A stretch of 64,000 bases of DNA from Streptosporangium soli (lineage in GTDB: Bacteria; Actinomycetota; Actinomycetes; Streptosporangiales; Streptosporangiaceae), in assembly GCA_022213955.1 (NCBI GenBank), contig JAKNTW010000009.1:213580-277579 (forward strand). The letters run 5' to 3'. The notes beneath the pieces were generated by a model. That model did not search any database and had not been told where the DNA came from. It saw only the letters and a program-made list of their open reading frames with translations. The translations under genes were made by a program, and so were the position numbers. Below are positions 26,074-35,389 of this stretch, in pieces (the stretch's first letter is position 1; each line of letters opens with the position of its first letter).

Positions 26074-29000
26074 TCACTCGCCGTGGGCGGGGTGGTTCGA
26101 GGCGGCTCGGGTGATGGCGGTCTCCACGGCGGCCACCCGGTCGGCCACCAGGCCGAGGGCGCCGACGGCCCGGGTCATCGGGTCGTCCTCGGCGCCGCCC
26201 AGGGCCTGGGCGCGGAGGTGGCCGGCCTTGACCTCGGCCCATCGGGCGGCCTGGGCGGGGGTGAGGGCGCCGCGGAGTTCGGCGAGTTTGAGGAGGTTGG
26301 CCTCGGCGCCCGTGGTCAGGGTCTGGGCCTCGCCCAGATAGTGATCGTCGATCAGGGCTTCGAGTTCGGCGTCGTTCATCACGGGGACGATCCGCTCGGC
26401 CAGCTTGTTCATGTTGCGGTAGGAGCCCTGGAGCTGGAAGCGGGGCTCCATCCTGGCGGAGTCGGCCTGGGCGGCCGAGGCGATGTAGGCGCGGTTGTTG
26501 GCGAGCACGACCCGCTGCACCCGGAGGACCTTGCGCAGGACGGACAGGACCTGCTCCAGCTCGACCGTGGAGTAGGGGTGGGCGAGCTGGTCGGGGCGCA
26601 CCGAGTCGTCGCCCGCGGCGAGCCGTACGAGGCGGTCGATGTCGCCTCGGTCCCGGGTCGAGAGGGGGGCCAGGACCGGGTTGGAGGTGAGGGCGTTCTC
26701 CACGTAGCTGAGGGCGAAGACGTCGTCCCGGCCGGAGAGCACGTCGCCGAGGTTCCAGACGTCGGCGCGGTTGGCGAGCATGTCGGGGATCTGGAAGCGC
26801 CGGCCGGCCTCGGTGTAGGGGTTGCCCGCCATGCAGACGGCGAAGCGCTTGCCGCGCAGGTCGTAGGTGCGGGTGCCGCCGTCCCACACGCCCTCCATCC
26901 GGCGCTGGGCGTCGCAGAGGGAGATGAACTTCTGCAGCAACTCGGGGGAGGTGTGCTGGATGTCGTCGAGGTAGAGCAGCACGTTGTTGCCCATCTCCAG
27001 GGCGAAGGAGATCTTCTCGATCTCCTGGCGTGCGGTCGCGTTGGGGGCGTCCGCGGGATCGACGGAGGTGACGTCGTGGCCGAGGGCGGGGCCGTTGATC
27101 TTGACGAACACCAGGCCGAGACGGTTGGCGACGTACTCCATGAGCGTGGTCTTGCCGTATCCCGGGGGTGAGATGAGCAGCAGCAGGCCCATCTGGTCCG
27201 TCCGCTTGGCGTCACCCGCCGCGCCGAGCTGTTTGGCCAGGTTGTCGCCGATCAGCGGGAGGTAGACCTCGTCGAGGAGGCGGTTGCGGACGAAGGCGCT
27301 CATCACCTTCGGCTGGTACTCGGGCAGCCGGAGCCGTTGTCGCTCCGCGTTCACCAGGGCGGTGCGCCGCCGCTGGTAGCCGCGGTAGGCGGGGATCCGT
27401 TCCGTCCGGAAGACGCGGGTTCTGGCGAGGGTCTCGTCCAGGCGGAGGTCCAGGGCGCGTTCGTTGATCCGGGGATGCGCGCCGAGGAGCCCTTCGACGG
27501 TCGTCTCCAGGGTCGCCGCGGAGTCGTGGCGGGGAAGGTCGCCGCACAGCTGCAGGGCGACCGCTTCGGGCAGTTCCGCGGATCCCGCGTCGAACGAGCC
27601 GAGCCACGCCTCCGCGAGCTGACGGCGCGCGCCGAGATCGTCGCCGAGCGCCCGCAGGTCGTCCTCGTACTCCTCGATCCGGCCGGCGCCGAGGGACTTC
27701 CGGAACCGCTCCAGCAGATCCCTGGCCGCCGCGCTGGTGACGAAGCCGCCCGGGGTGGCCAGCTCCTCCGCCAGATACTCGCCCGCCAGCGGGGTCTCCA
27801 CCCGGAGGAAGCCGGTGACGGCCGCGGCCAACTCGGCGTGCAGGGCGGCCAGGGCGGAGGTGGGGCCGAACGTGGCGCGGGCGCGGGCGAGCGAGGCGGC
27901 CCGGGTGGCCCATGCCGTACGGCGGGCCTCGTCTGTGCCGTGCGCCCAGAAGAGCTGGGCGGCGGCGCGGGCCGACGGCGGGTAACGCAGCAGGCCGGCG
28001 GTGGCGTGCAGGCGGAGCAGCGCGTCGAGGATCGCGGCGGCGTCGTGGTCGTGGACGCCACGTTCGTAGCCCTCGTCGTACCGGCTCCCGGCGGCGGCTC
28101 GCACGATCTCCAGCAGCCCGTTCTCGGTCACCGCCGCCTCGTGCAGCGCGTCGAGGCCGAGCCCGGCTCCTGTCCCCGCGCCTGTCCCTGCGCCGGACCC
28201 GGCTCCTGACCCCGCGCCGGATTCGGCCTCGGCGAGGATCGCGGCGGCGAGGTGTTCGGCGCGGTAGACGGCGGCGGTCTCCGAGACGAGGAGCTGATCC
28301 CAGAAGGGACGGGTCTCCTCGAAGGTCGCGTCGCGGACCGGGGCGCGGTAGTCGGTGCCGGTGATCGCGTAGACCATCGTGCCGTCGTGGGGGACCAGGG
28401 TCAGGTCGATCGACTGGGTGTTGACCGCGAAGTGGTGCCGGCCGAGCCGGATGGTCTCGCCGCCCGCGCCGTACAGGTCGAGGCGGTCCCGGAGGGTACG
28501 GCCCGCCTCCTGGCGGGCGGCCTTGACGCGGCCTTCGAGCTCCTCGGCGCGGACCTGGTCGCCCAGCTCGCGCAGTTCCGCGGCGACCGAGTGGAGCTTG
28601 GCCACCATCGGGTCGGCCGCGAAGTAGGTGTTGACGTCGTCGAGCGACCCCAGGGTGGCGATCCTGCGCCGCACGCTGCCCAGGATGCGGTCGGCGGAGT
28701 CGGCGAGGCGGTCCGCACGGCGGGCCCGATCGTCGAGCAACGCCTGCTTGCGGGAGGAGAACGCCTCGTAGACGTCCTCCCGCTTGGTGGTCAGCTCGGC
28801 GAGGAACTCGTCGAACTCGGTGAACCGGGACTCCAGGTTCTCCAGTTGCAGGAGCAGCCGGCCGAGCTGGTCGTCGCAGCGGTCGGGGGTGTCGGCGACG
28901 GCGAGGGCGCCGGTCACGGCCTGGCCGATCAGCGCGAACTCGGCGGCGAACCCGGCGCGGCCCTCGACGGCCAGCAGTTCTCTGCGGCGGGCGTCCACGG

Positions 29001-30999
29001 TGGCCCTGGCGCGGTTCACGCCGCCGAGGACCTCGCCGACGCGTTCGAGGATGGCTGTGCGCACGGTGGCGTCGGCGATGTCCAGGGTGCCGACGACCTC
29101 GGTGACGATCTCCAGGCCCTCGGCCTGCTCGGCGAGCCGCTCCCGCACGGGCCCGGCCCCGGCGACGTTGACGATGGCCTCAGCCTGGGCGAGCAGCCCG
29201 TCGACCTCGGTGTGGTAGCCGGTGAAGGCGTCCTCGCCCTGCAGGAACGCGACCGCCCGCTGCCCGGTGGACGTCACCTCGTCCGCCAGCGAGGAGGCGA
29301 GCGCGTCGATCGCGGCCAGGTCGACGTAGCGCAGCTCGCGGAGGGTCACCAGGCGGCCCTGGGCCCGGCGCAGTTCGGCGAGCCTGCGCACCCAGGCGTC
29401 CGCCGAGCGCGGTGTCTCGCCGCGCGCCTGCCGCACCAGGGAGGTGACCTGCGCGGCGGCCTCCTCCAGGGCGGCGGCGGCCTGGGCGGTGAGCGACTGG
29501 ACCTTCTCGAACTCGTCGAGGACCTGCTCGGCGGTCGCCCGCACCGCGGCGAGCGGATCGCGCAGCTCGTGCTCCGCCAGCCAGTGGTAGGAGTCGGACA
29601 CCCGGGCGCAGGCCGCGATCAGCGCCTCGAACACCGGCACGGACGGCGCCATCTCGCCGACCATCCTGGCCACCGACAGGCACTCGGAGATGCCGCGCAC
29701 CAACTCGGCGTTGCCGACGCGTTCCAGCGGGCCGGTGCCGACGGGCTGGGCGGCGGCGTAGACGTCGGAGAGGTACGGCGTCTGCCAGACCTGCATGGGA
29801 TGGACCCGGGTCGGCTCCTCGGAGACCGCCCGGAAGACGACCAGCGTGCCGTCGTCGAACAGCGAGTAGCCGTGGCACGGGATCGGCGTGGCGACCTCCT
29901 TGCGGATCACGTTGTACGGCAGCAGCAGCGTGCGCCCCTCGGCCCTGGCGTGGAAGACGTAGAGCACGTCCTCGCCGTTGGCGGACCGGATGACCCGCTC
30001 GAACTCCAGGCTGGCCACGTCGGTGTCGAAGGTCTTGGCGACGCCGGTGGACAGGTAGTAGCCGTCCGGGAAGATGATCCCCTGGTCCTCGGGGAGCCGC
30101 TGGCACGCCTGCCCGATGCCGTCCAGCCGTACGACGGCCTTGGTCCTGGTGTTGAAGACCAGGTGGCGCCATTCGGTCTCGTTGTAGGGGCGGATCCGCA
30201 GCAGGATCAGCGGGCCGACCCTCGCGTGGTGCACGTCGGCGTCGGCGAGGCTCTGCAGCGGTTCGGCGACCGGCTCGCGGTAGACGCCCTCGCCGGTCTC
30301 CGTGTTGTTCTCGATCTTGATGGTGAGGTCGCCGCCGACGGTCTCCACGAACAGCTCGCCGGCGATGGAGATGTGCGGGTGGCGGCCGAGCACGTGGTCG
30401 TCGCGGGTGGTCTCGGTCCACTCGAAGTCGTGTGTGGGCGGGAAGACGTGGTCGCGTTCGCCGCGGTTGTCGACGTAGGAGACCGAGCCGTCGGTGGCGA
30501 CCCGCCAGCGCAGCACCCGGATGTCCTTCGGGCCGGTCTGGAAGATCGCCAGCAGCAGGCCGTCGAGCCGGCGCAGCTGCAACAGCCGGGTCTCCCGGTA
30601 GTAGCGGTACAGCTCGGAGAAGTCGCGCTCGAACTGCGGGTCGTGCAGCAGTCCGGGCAGGTCGCCGTCGCCGTCGAAGCTGAAGGCGTCGCCGTCCCGG
30701 GTGAACCGGTGCAGCGAGAAGACGTCGTCGGTCGTCGTCTCCGGCTTCAGCCCGATGAACACGTTGTAGCCGAACAGCATGAGCCCGCCGACGGAGACGA
30801 TGTCGCGGGGCACGCAGTTGTGCTCGGTGCGGATCCGCTCGGTGCCGACCAGCCGCAGCTCGGCGCCGCCGAAGACGTCGAGCCTGCGGGCGTTGAGCGC
30901 CTCGGCCCGCTCGGACAGCTCCGTGGCCTGCTCGGCCAGCCGGGCCCGGAGCACCTCGTAGGTGCCGGCGTCGAGCCCGGCGTCGGGTGCGGCCGTCAC
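26074..30999 (-). CDS. giant (1641 aa) multidomain AAA+ ATPase of unknown function, flotillin-associated
   Basis: GTG start overlaps the flotillin stop (GTGA). Walker A ISPPGYGKTTLMEY near 27150-27165. Internal (GSGAGS/GTGAG) linker. Long coiled-coil/helical middle region and a beta-rich N-terminal ~450 aa. Confidence 0.85.
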   Translation of the reverse strand: MTAAPDAGLDAGTYEVLRARLAEQATELSERAEALNARRLDVFGGAELRLVGTERIRTEHNCVPRDIVSVGGLMLFGYNVFIGLKPETTTDDVFSLHRFTRDGDAFSFDGDGDLPGLLHDPQFERDFSELYRYYRETRLLQLRRLDGLLLAIFQTGPKDIRVLRWRVATDGSVSYVDNRGERDHVFPPTHDFEWTETTRDDHVLGRHPHISIAGELFVETVGGDLTIKIENNTETGEGVYREPVAEPLQSLADADVHHARVGPLILLRIRPYNETEWRHLVFNTRTKAVVRLDGIGQACQRLPEDQGIIFPDGYYLSTGVAKTFDTDVASLEFERVIRSANGEDVLYVFHARAEGRTLLLPYNVIRKEVATPIPCHGYSLFDDGTLVVFRAVSEEPTRVHPMQVWQTPYLSDVYAAAQPVGTGPLERVGNAELVRGISECLSVARMVGEMAPSVPVFEALIAACARVSDSYHWLAEHELRDPLAAVRATAEQVLDEFEKVQSLTAQAAAALEEAAAQVTSLVRQARGETPRSADAWVRRLAELRRAQGRLVTLRELRYVDLAAIDALASSLADEVTSTGQRAVAFLQGEDAFTGYHTEVDGLLAQAEAIVNVAGAGPVRERLAEQAEGLEIVTEVVGTLDIADATVRTAILERVGEVLGGVNRARATVDARRRELLAVEGRAGFAAEFALIGQAVTGALAVADTPDRCDDQLGRLLLQLENLESRFTEFDEFLAELTTKREDVYEAFSSRKQALLDDRARRADRLADSADRILGSVRRRIATLGSLDDVNTYFAADPMVAKLHSVAAELRELGDQVRAEELEGRVKAARQEAGRTLRDRLDLYGAGGETIRLGRHHFAVNTQSIDLTLVPHDGTMVYAITGTDYRAPVRDATFEETRPFWDQLLVSETAAVYRAEHLAAAILAEAESGAGSGAGSGAGTGAGTGAGLGLDALHEAAVTENGLLEIVRAAAGSRYDEGYERGVHDHDAAAILDALLRLHATAGLLRYPPSARAAAQLFWAHGTDEARRTAWATRAASLARARATFGPTSALAALHAELAAAVTGFLRVETPLAGEYLAEELATPGGFVTSAAARDLLERFRKSLGAGRIEEYEDDLRALGDDLGARRQLAEAWLGSFDAGSAELPEAVALQLCGDLPRHDSAATLETTVEGLLGAHPRINERALDLRLDETLARTRVFRTERIPAYRGYQRRRTALVNAERQRLRLPEYQPKVMSAFVRNRLLDEVYLPLIGDNLAKQLGAAGDAKRTDQMGLLLLISPPGYGKTTLMEYVANRLGLVFVKINGPALGHDVTSVDPADAPNATARQEIEKISFALEMGNNVLLYLDDIQHTSPELLQKFISLCDAQRRMEGVWDGGTRTYDLRGKRFAVCMAGNPYTEAGRRFQIPDMLANRADVWNLGDVLSGRDDVFALSYVENALTSNPVLAPLSTRDRGDIDRLVRLAAGDDSVRPDQLAHPYSTVELEQVLSVLRKVLRVQRVVLANNRAYIASAAQADSARMEPRFQLQGSYRNMNKLAERIVPVMNDAELEALIDDHYLGEAQTLTTGAEANLLKLAELRGALTPAQAARWAEVKAGHLRAQALGGAEDDPMTRAVGALGLVADRVAAVETAITRAASNHPAHGE

Positions 31000-33005
31000 T
31001 GCTTCGCGGCGGTCAGCGCGGCGACGGGCGACTCGGCGACGCCGAGATGCTGTGCGGTCTCCAGAAGCTGCCGCATCTTGTCCTCGTCGGGCCCGCCCGC
31101 CTTGATCAGCTTGACCAGCAGCGCGGACAGCGTCAGGTCGCGCACCCCGGCGGAGTCCACCGACCGCAGCAGCTGGGCCAGGTCCGCGCCCAGGTGCGCG
31201 TCCCCGTTGAGGTACGGCTTGGCCAGGGCGCCGGCGACGTCGGAGTGCTGGATGAAGCCGTCGACGCTCTTCCCGGCGGAGATGGAGTTCACCAGCCGGT
31301 CGAAGAAGATGCCGTCCCCGCCGACGATGTCGATCTTGGCCTTCTCCAGCCCGGTGGCCAGCACGGTGGCCTGCGCCTGGGCCACGTCCCGCCGTACGTT
31401 GACCTCGGCGAGCCTGATCTCCTTCTCCGCGTCCAGCCGGAGGCGGTACTCCTCGTGGGTGCGGGTGGCGTCGTCGAGCGCGGCCATCGCGGCGGCCTTC
31501 TCGGTGAGGCCCTCGGCCTCCGCCTTGAGCTTCTCGCCGATCGCGGCGGCGGCGACCAGTGCCTTCTCCCGCTCGACGACGGCCTCGGCCCTGCCGACCC
31601 GCTCGATGGCCACCGCGTCGCGCTCGCGGACCTGCACCTCGGCCAGGCCGGTCGCCGCGGCCTCCGCCTGGGCGCCCTCGGCGAGCCTGATCTTCGCGCG
31701 GGTGTCCAGCTCGGCGGCCTGCTGGCGGGCCTCGGCGAGGACCAGTGCCTCACGCGCCTTGTGCTTGGCCGACGTCTCCGCGGCCTCGGCCGCCTTGATG
31801 TCCTTGACCAGGCCCTCCTGCGCCTCGGCCTCGGCCTGGATCACGATGGCCTGGCGGGTGCGCTCGGCCTCCTCGACGACCCGCAGGCGCTTGATGTTCT
31901 CCTCCTGCTCGGCGACCGTCTTCTCCACGGCGATCCGCTCGCGGATCACCTCGGCGATCGACCGCTTCTCCCCTTCGAGCTCCTTGTCCTTGGAGATCCG
32001 GGACAGCTCGGTCTCGCGTTCCCTGGAGATGACCTCCAGCATCCGGTCCTTTTCGATCCGCTCGGTCTCGATCGCGATGACCCGCTCGCGGTTCTTCTCC
32101 GCGACGGCGATCTCCCTGGCCTGGTTCTCCTGCTGGATGCCGAGCTGCTCGTCGGTGCGGAGGTCGGCCGCGCGCGCCTTGAGCCGCTCCTCGGCCCTGA
32201 CCTTGGCGGTCTCGGCCTCCTCGCGGGCCCGCATGGTCTCGATCTCGCGCTTCTGCTTGGTCTCGGCGTCGGCCTGCCGCCGTTCCAGCTCCAGGATGGC
32301 CTCCCTCGCGTCGACGTTCTGGCGGGTGATCTCCTTCTCCTCGTGGCGGCGGAACTCGTTGGTGCGGACGTTCTCGCTCGCGGTGAGTTCGGTGATCTTG
32401 CGGATGCCCTGCGCGTCGAGGATGTTGGCGGGGTCGAGCTGTGACATCGGGGTCTGCTCGAGGAAGTCGATCGCCGCGTCCTCAAGGCTGTAGCCGTTGA
32501 GGTCGGTGCCGATGACCCGGATGATCTGGTCGCGGAACTCGTCGCGCTGGGTGTAGAGGTCGACGAAGTCGAGCTGCTTGCCGACGGTCTTCAGCGCCTC
32601 GGAGAACTTCGCGTTGAACAGCTCCTGCAGCGTCGACTCGTCGCTGGCCCTGGCGGTGCCGATGGCCTGGGCCACCTTGATCACGTCCTCCACGGTCTTG
32701 TTGACCCGGACGAAGAAGGTGATGCGGATGTCGGCCCTGATGTTGTCCTTGCAGATCAGTCCCTCGTGGCCGGACCGGTTGATCTCGATTGTCTTGACCG
32801 AGATGTCCATGATCTCGGCCCGGTGCACCACCGGCAACACGATCTTCCCGGTGAACGTCACGTCCACCTTGTTGACCTTCGAGACGATCAGCGCCTTACC
32901 TTGTTCGACTTTGCGGAACAGGCGGCTGATCACGAACAGCAGGCCGATGACGATGATGAGGACGACGGCGAGCAGAATGCCGAACCCGGTGGAGATGACG
33001 TCCAT
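30996..33005 (-). CDS. flotillin/SPFH (band 7) family protein, YqiK-like
   Basis: N-terminal TM segment plus SPFH domain, then a long E/A/R-rich coiled coil typical of bacterial flotillins. 669 aa. Confidence 0.9.
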   Translation of the reverse strand: MDVISTGFGILLAVVLIIVIGLLFVISRLFRKVEQGKALIVSKVNKVDVTFTGKIVLPVVHRAEIMDISVKTIEINRSGHEGLICKDNIRADIRITFFVRVNKTVEDVIKVAQAIGTARASDESTLQELFNAKFSEALKTVGKQLDFVDLYTQRDEFRDQIIRVIGTDLNGYSLEDAAIDFLEQTPMSQLDPANILDAQGIRKITELTASENVRTNEFRRHEEKEITRQNVDAREAILELERRQADAETKQKREIETMRAREEAETAKVRAEERLKARAADLRTDEQLGIQQENQAREIAVAEKNRERVIAIETERIEKDRMLEVISRERETELSRISKDKELEGEKRSIAEVIRERIAVEKTVAEQEENIKRLRVVEEAERTRQAIVIQAEAEAQEGLVKDIKAAEAAETSAKHKAREALVLAEARQQAAELDTRAKIRLAEGAQAEAAATGLAEVQVRERDAVAIERVGRAEAVVEREKALVAAAAIGEKLKAEAEGLTEKAAAMAALDDATRTHEEYRLRLDAEKEIRLAEVNVRRDVAQAQATVLATGLEKAKIDIVGGDGIFFDRLVNSISAGKSVDGFIQHSDVAGALAKPYLNGDAHLGADLAQLLRSVDSAGVRDLTLSALLVKLIKAGGPDEDKMRQLLETAQHLGVAESPVAALTAAKQ

Positions 33006-33014
33006 CAGAGGTCC

Positions 33015-33617
33015 TTAGGTGGAAGGTCGGTGAGGATCGAGCGCGGCGTCGTACGGCATGACCCAGAAGTACTCGCCGTCGGCGTGGTAATCGAAGATCA
33101 GGGCGCTGCTGCCGGCACTCAGCGGGTCCGTGCCGTTCTGGCGGACCTGGATCACGGCGGAGGAGCCGTCCGCGGCGGTGACCTCGGCCTGGCCGAAGTC
33201 GGCGCTGACGCTGCGCGTCCTGATGACGCACATCCGGCCGATGAAGTCGTTGCGGGAGGGCGGCTGTTCCTCGGGGAGCAGGCGGCGCACCGGGAGCACC
33301 AGGAGACGGGTGCCCAGCCAGGCGACCAGCAGGGCGACGGCGAGCACGGCGAGCCGCGCCGGGGTGCCGTCGGTGAACGCGCCGCCCGCGAGGCTGGTGA
33401 ACCAGGCCAGCGCGACCATCAGCGACAGCACGACGGTGACCGGCATCCCACCGATTCCGAGCCCGGTCAGGAGCCCCGAGGGCCCGTCGTCGGGATCGAG
33501 CGCGTCCAGTCCCAGTCCGCCTGCGAGCACCAGCACCCAGTAGCCGATGACGACCAGCAGGAGAAAGCTAAACAGAACGGTCGGGAACTCGAGCGTGGCG
33601 TCGAGAAACTCCCCCAT
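33015..33617 (-). CDS. NfeD-like/YqiJ-type membrane protein with C-terminal OB-fold
   Basis: Three or four TM helices followed by a beta domain (FIGRMCVIRTRSVSADFGQAEV). Positioned as the usual upstream partner of flotillin. Confidence 0.75.
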   Translation of the reverse strand: MGEFLDATLEFPTVLFSFLLLVVIGYWVLVLAGGLGLDALDPDDGPSGLLTGLGIGGMPVTVVLSLMVALAWFTSLAGGAFTDGTPARLAVLAVALLVAWLGTRLLVLPVRRLLPEEQPPSRNDFIGRMCVIRTRSVSADFGQAEVTAADGSSAVIQVRQNGTDPLSAGSSALIFDYHADGEYFWVMPYDAALDPHRPST

Positions 33618-33688
33618 CGAAATACGTCGTCCTCCCCGCTACCGCCCGGCCGTGGCCCCCCAAGGCCAGAGCTAGTAGTTGATCGCGA

Positions 33689-33717
33689 AATATAGCGGGA
33701 TAAAGCACGACATTCAA
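33689..33717 (-). promoter_or_regulatory. sigma70/HrdB-like promoter TTGAAT-17-TATATT for the nfeD-flotillin-ATPase operon
   Basis: Read on the - strand: TTGAATgtcgtgctttatcccgcTATATT, about 70 nt upstream of the nfeD start. Sits in an AT-rich intergenic region. Confidence 0.4.
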
Positions 33718-33825
33718 TGACTTGGTGAGCTATTACGCATACTCAAGCCGCCCGAAGATCGCAGTAAACCCGACCTGGTCAGGCACCCGCCGCCCCTTCG
33801 CCGCCGATATGACGGGCCGACGCCC

Positions 33826-35301
33826 CTACCCGCGTCTGATCGGACGGCCGGGCATCGCCGACAACACCAGCTCACCGTCGCGGACGACCGGCTCGCCCCC
33901 GACGAACACGTGGGCATACCCCGTGGAGGGCAGCGTGCTCGCCTCGTACGTCGCCCGGTCGCCGACCGCACCCGGGTCGAAGACGACCAGGTCGGCGTCG
34001 CATCCGGCCTGCAGTCTGCCCTTACGGCGCATCGCGGGCACCGACGGCTCCAGCACCCGGGCCGCCAGCAGCCCGCACCGGGCGACGGCGTCGAGCAGGG
34101 TCAACGCCTCGGTCTCCCTGACATAGCGGCGCAGGACCTTGGAGAACGTGCCCGCCGTACGGGGATGGGTGACGGCCGTGGCGGGCAGCGGCCAGGCCGT
34201 CTCGTCGGGCTCGCCGGCCGTCCAGGTCAGCGGCATGGCGTCGGAACCGATCACCGTGCTCTCCGCGAGCAGGGCGCGGTCGAGGAAGGCCAGGTCGGCG
34301 GGTGACTCCTCGTCGAGGGTGTGGATGAAGACGAGGCCGCCCGGGTCGGCCGCCCTGATCTCCTCCAGCCGTGCGGCGTCGGCCGGCCGCTCGCCGGTGC
34401 GCGCGTAGACGAGCGCGCTCGGCCCGATGCCCAGGGCGTGCAGCCGGTCGGCGGCCAGGAAATGGGCCCCGATGCCGGTCATGCCCGCGCCGTAGGGGTA
34501 CGCCTCCGTGGTGACCCGGCCGCCCTCGGCGCGGACCCGGTCGACGAGCGAGAGGACCCGGTCGACCTGACGGACCGAGGTGCTGTTGATGTGGCAATAG
34601 TGCATGTGGGCGCCGGTCTCCGCGGCGGCGCGCACCAACTCCTGCGCCCCGTCGATCGGCACCCCCGGCACCCCCTCGACCAGCGGGCGGGCATGGGTGT
34701 AGGTCGGCACCCCCGCCGCGGCGGCGAGCGCGGCCACCGCGAGGTACTCGGCCGGGTCGACCTCGGGGGCGTAGCCCATCAGGACGCCGATGCCCAGCGC
34801 GCCGTCGGCCAGTTCGGCGCGCAGCAGGGCGAGCAGGGCGTCCAGCTCGCGGGCGCTCGCCGGGGCCTGCCAGGCGCGGGCCGAGATGTGGCCGAGCGCC
34901 CCCGTGAAGCCGCCGCCGGGGGCGATGCCCGCCACGGCGGACATCCGCGCCTGGGTCCAGGAGGCGGAGAAGCCGTAGTTGAGCGGCCTGCCCTCGGCCG
35001 CGGCCCTGCCGTACGCCTTGGCCACCGGGATGACGCCGGCCTCCAGCTCCAGCACGGTGGTGACGCCGTCGAGCGCCTGGAGGCGGTGCCCGGCCACGGT
35101 GTCGGAGTGGCTGTGCAGGTCGATCCAGCCGGGAGCGACGGCGAGACCGGTGACGTCGAGGACGCGGCGTCCGGCCAGCGGCTCGGCGGAGACAGCGGTG
35201 ATGACTCCCGCGCTGATCCCGACGTCCGCGACGGCGTCGAGGCCGGTCTCGGGGTCGAGTGCCCGGCCACCGCGGAGGACCAGGTCGGGCATGTCGGCCA
35301 C
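33826..35301 (-). CDS. N-acyl-D-amino-acid deacylase (D-aminoacylase) family amidohydrolase
   Basis: Metal-binding HSHSD motif (GWIDLHSHSD). 491-aa amidohydrolase-fold protein. Confidence 0.85.
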   Translation of the reverse strand: MADMPDLVLRGGRALDPETGLDAVADVGISAGVITAVSAEPLAGRRVLDVTGLAVAPGWIDLHSHSDTVAGHRLQALDGVTTVLELEAGVIPVAKAYGRAAAEGRPLNYGFSASWTQARMSAVAGIAPGGGFTGALGHISARAWQAPASARELDALLALLRAELADGALGIGVLMGYAPEVDPAEYLAVAALAAAAGVPTYTHARPLVEGVPGVPIDGAQELVRAAAETGAHMHYCHINSTSVRQVDRVLSLVDRVRAEGGRVTTEAYPYGAGMTGIGAHFLAADRLHALGIGPSALVYARTGERPADAARLEEIRAADPGGLVFIHTLDEESPADLAFLDRALLAESTVIGSDAMPLTWTAGEPDETAWPLPATAVTHPRTAGTFSKVLRRYVRETEALTLLDAVARCGLLAARVLEPSVPAMRRKGRLQAGCDADLVVFDPGAVGDRATYEASTLPSTGYAHVFVGGEPVVRDGELVLSAMPGRPIRRG

Positions 35302-35389
35302 AGCCGCCTCCTCAGGTGCGCACGTGCACTCGCGATCATAGCCGTGCCGGGGTAGGAACGAGATGACTCGATGACGAGGAGGCCCGGCG

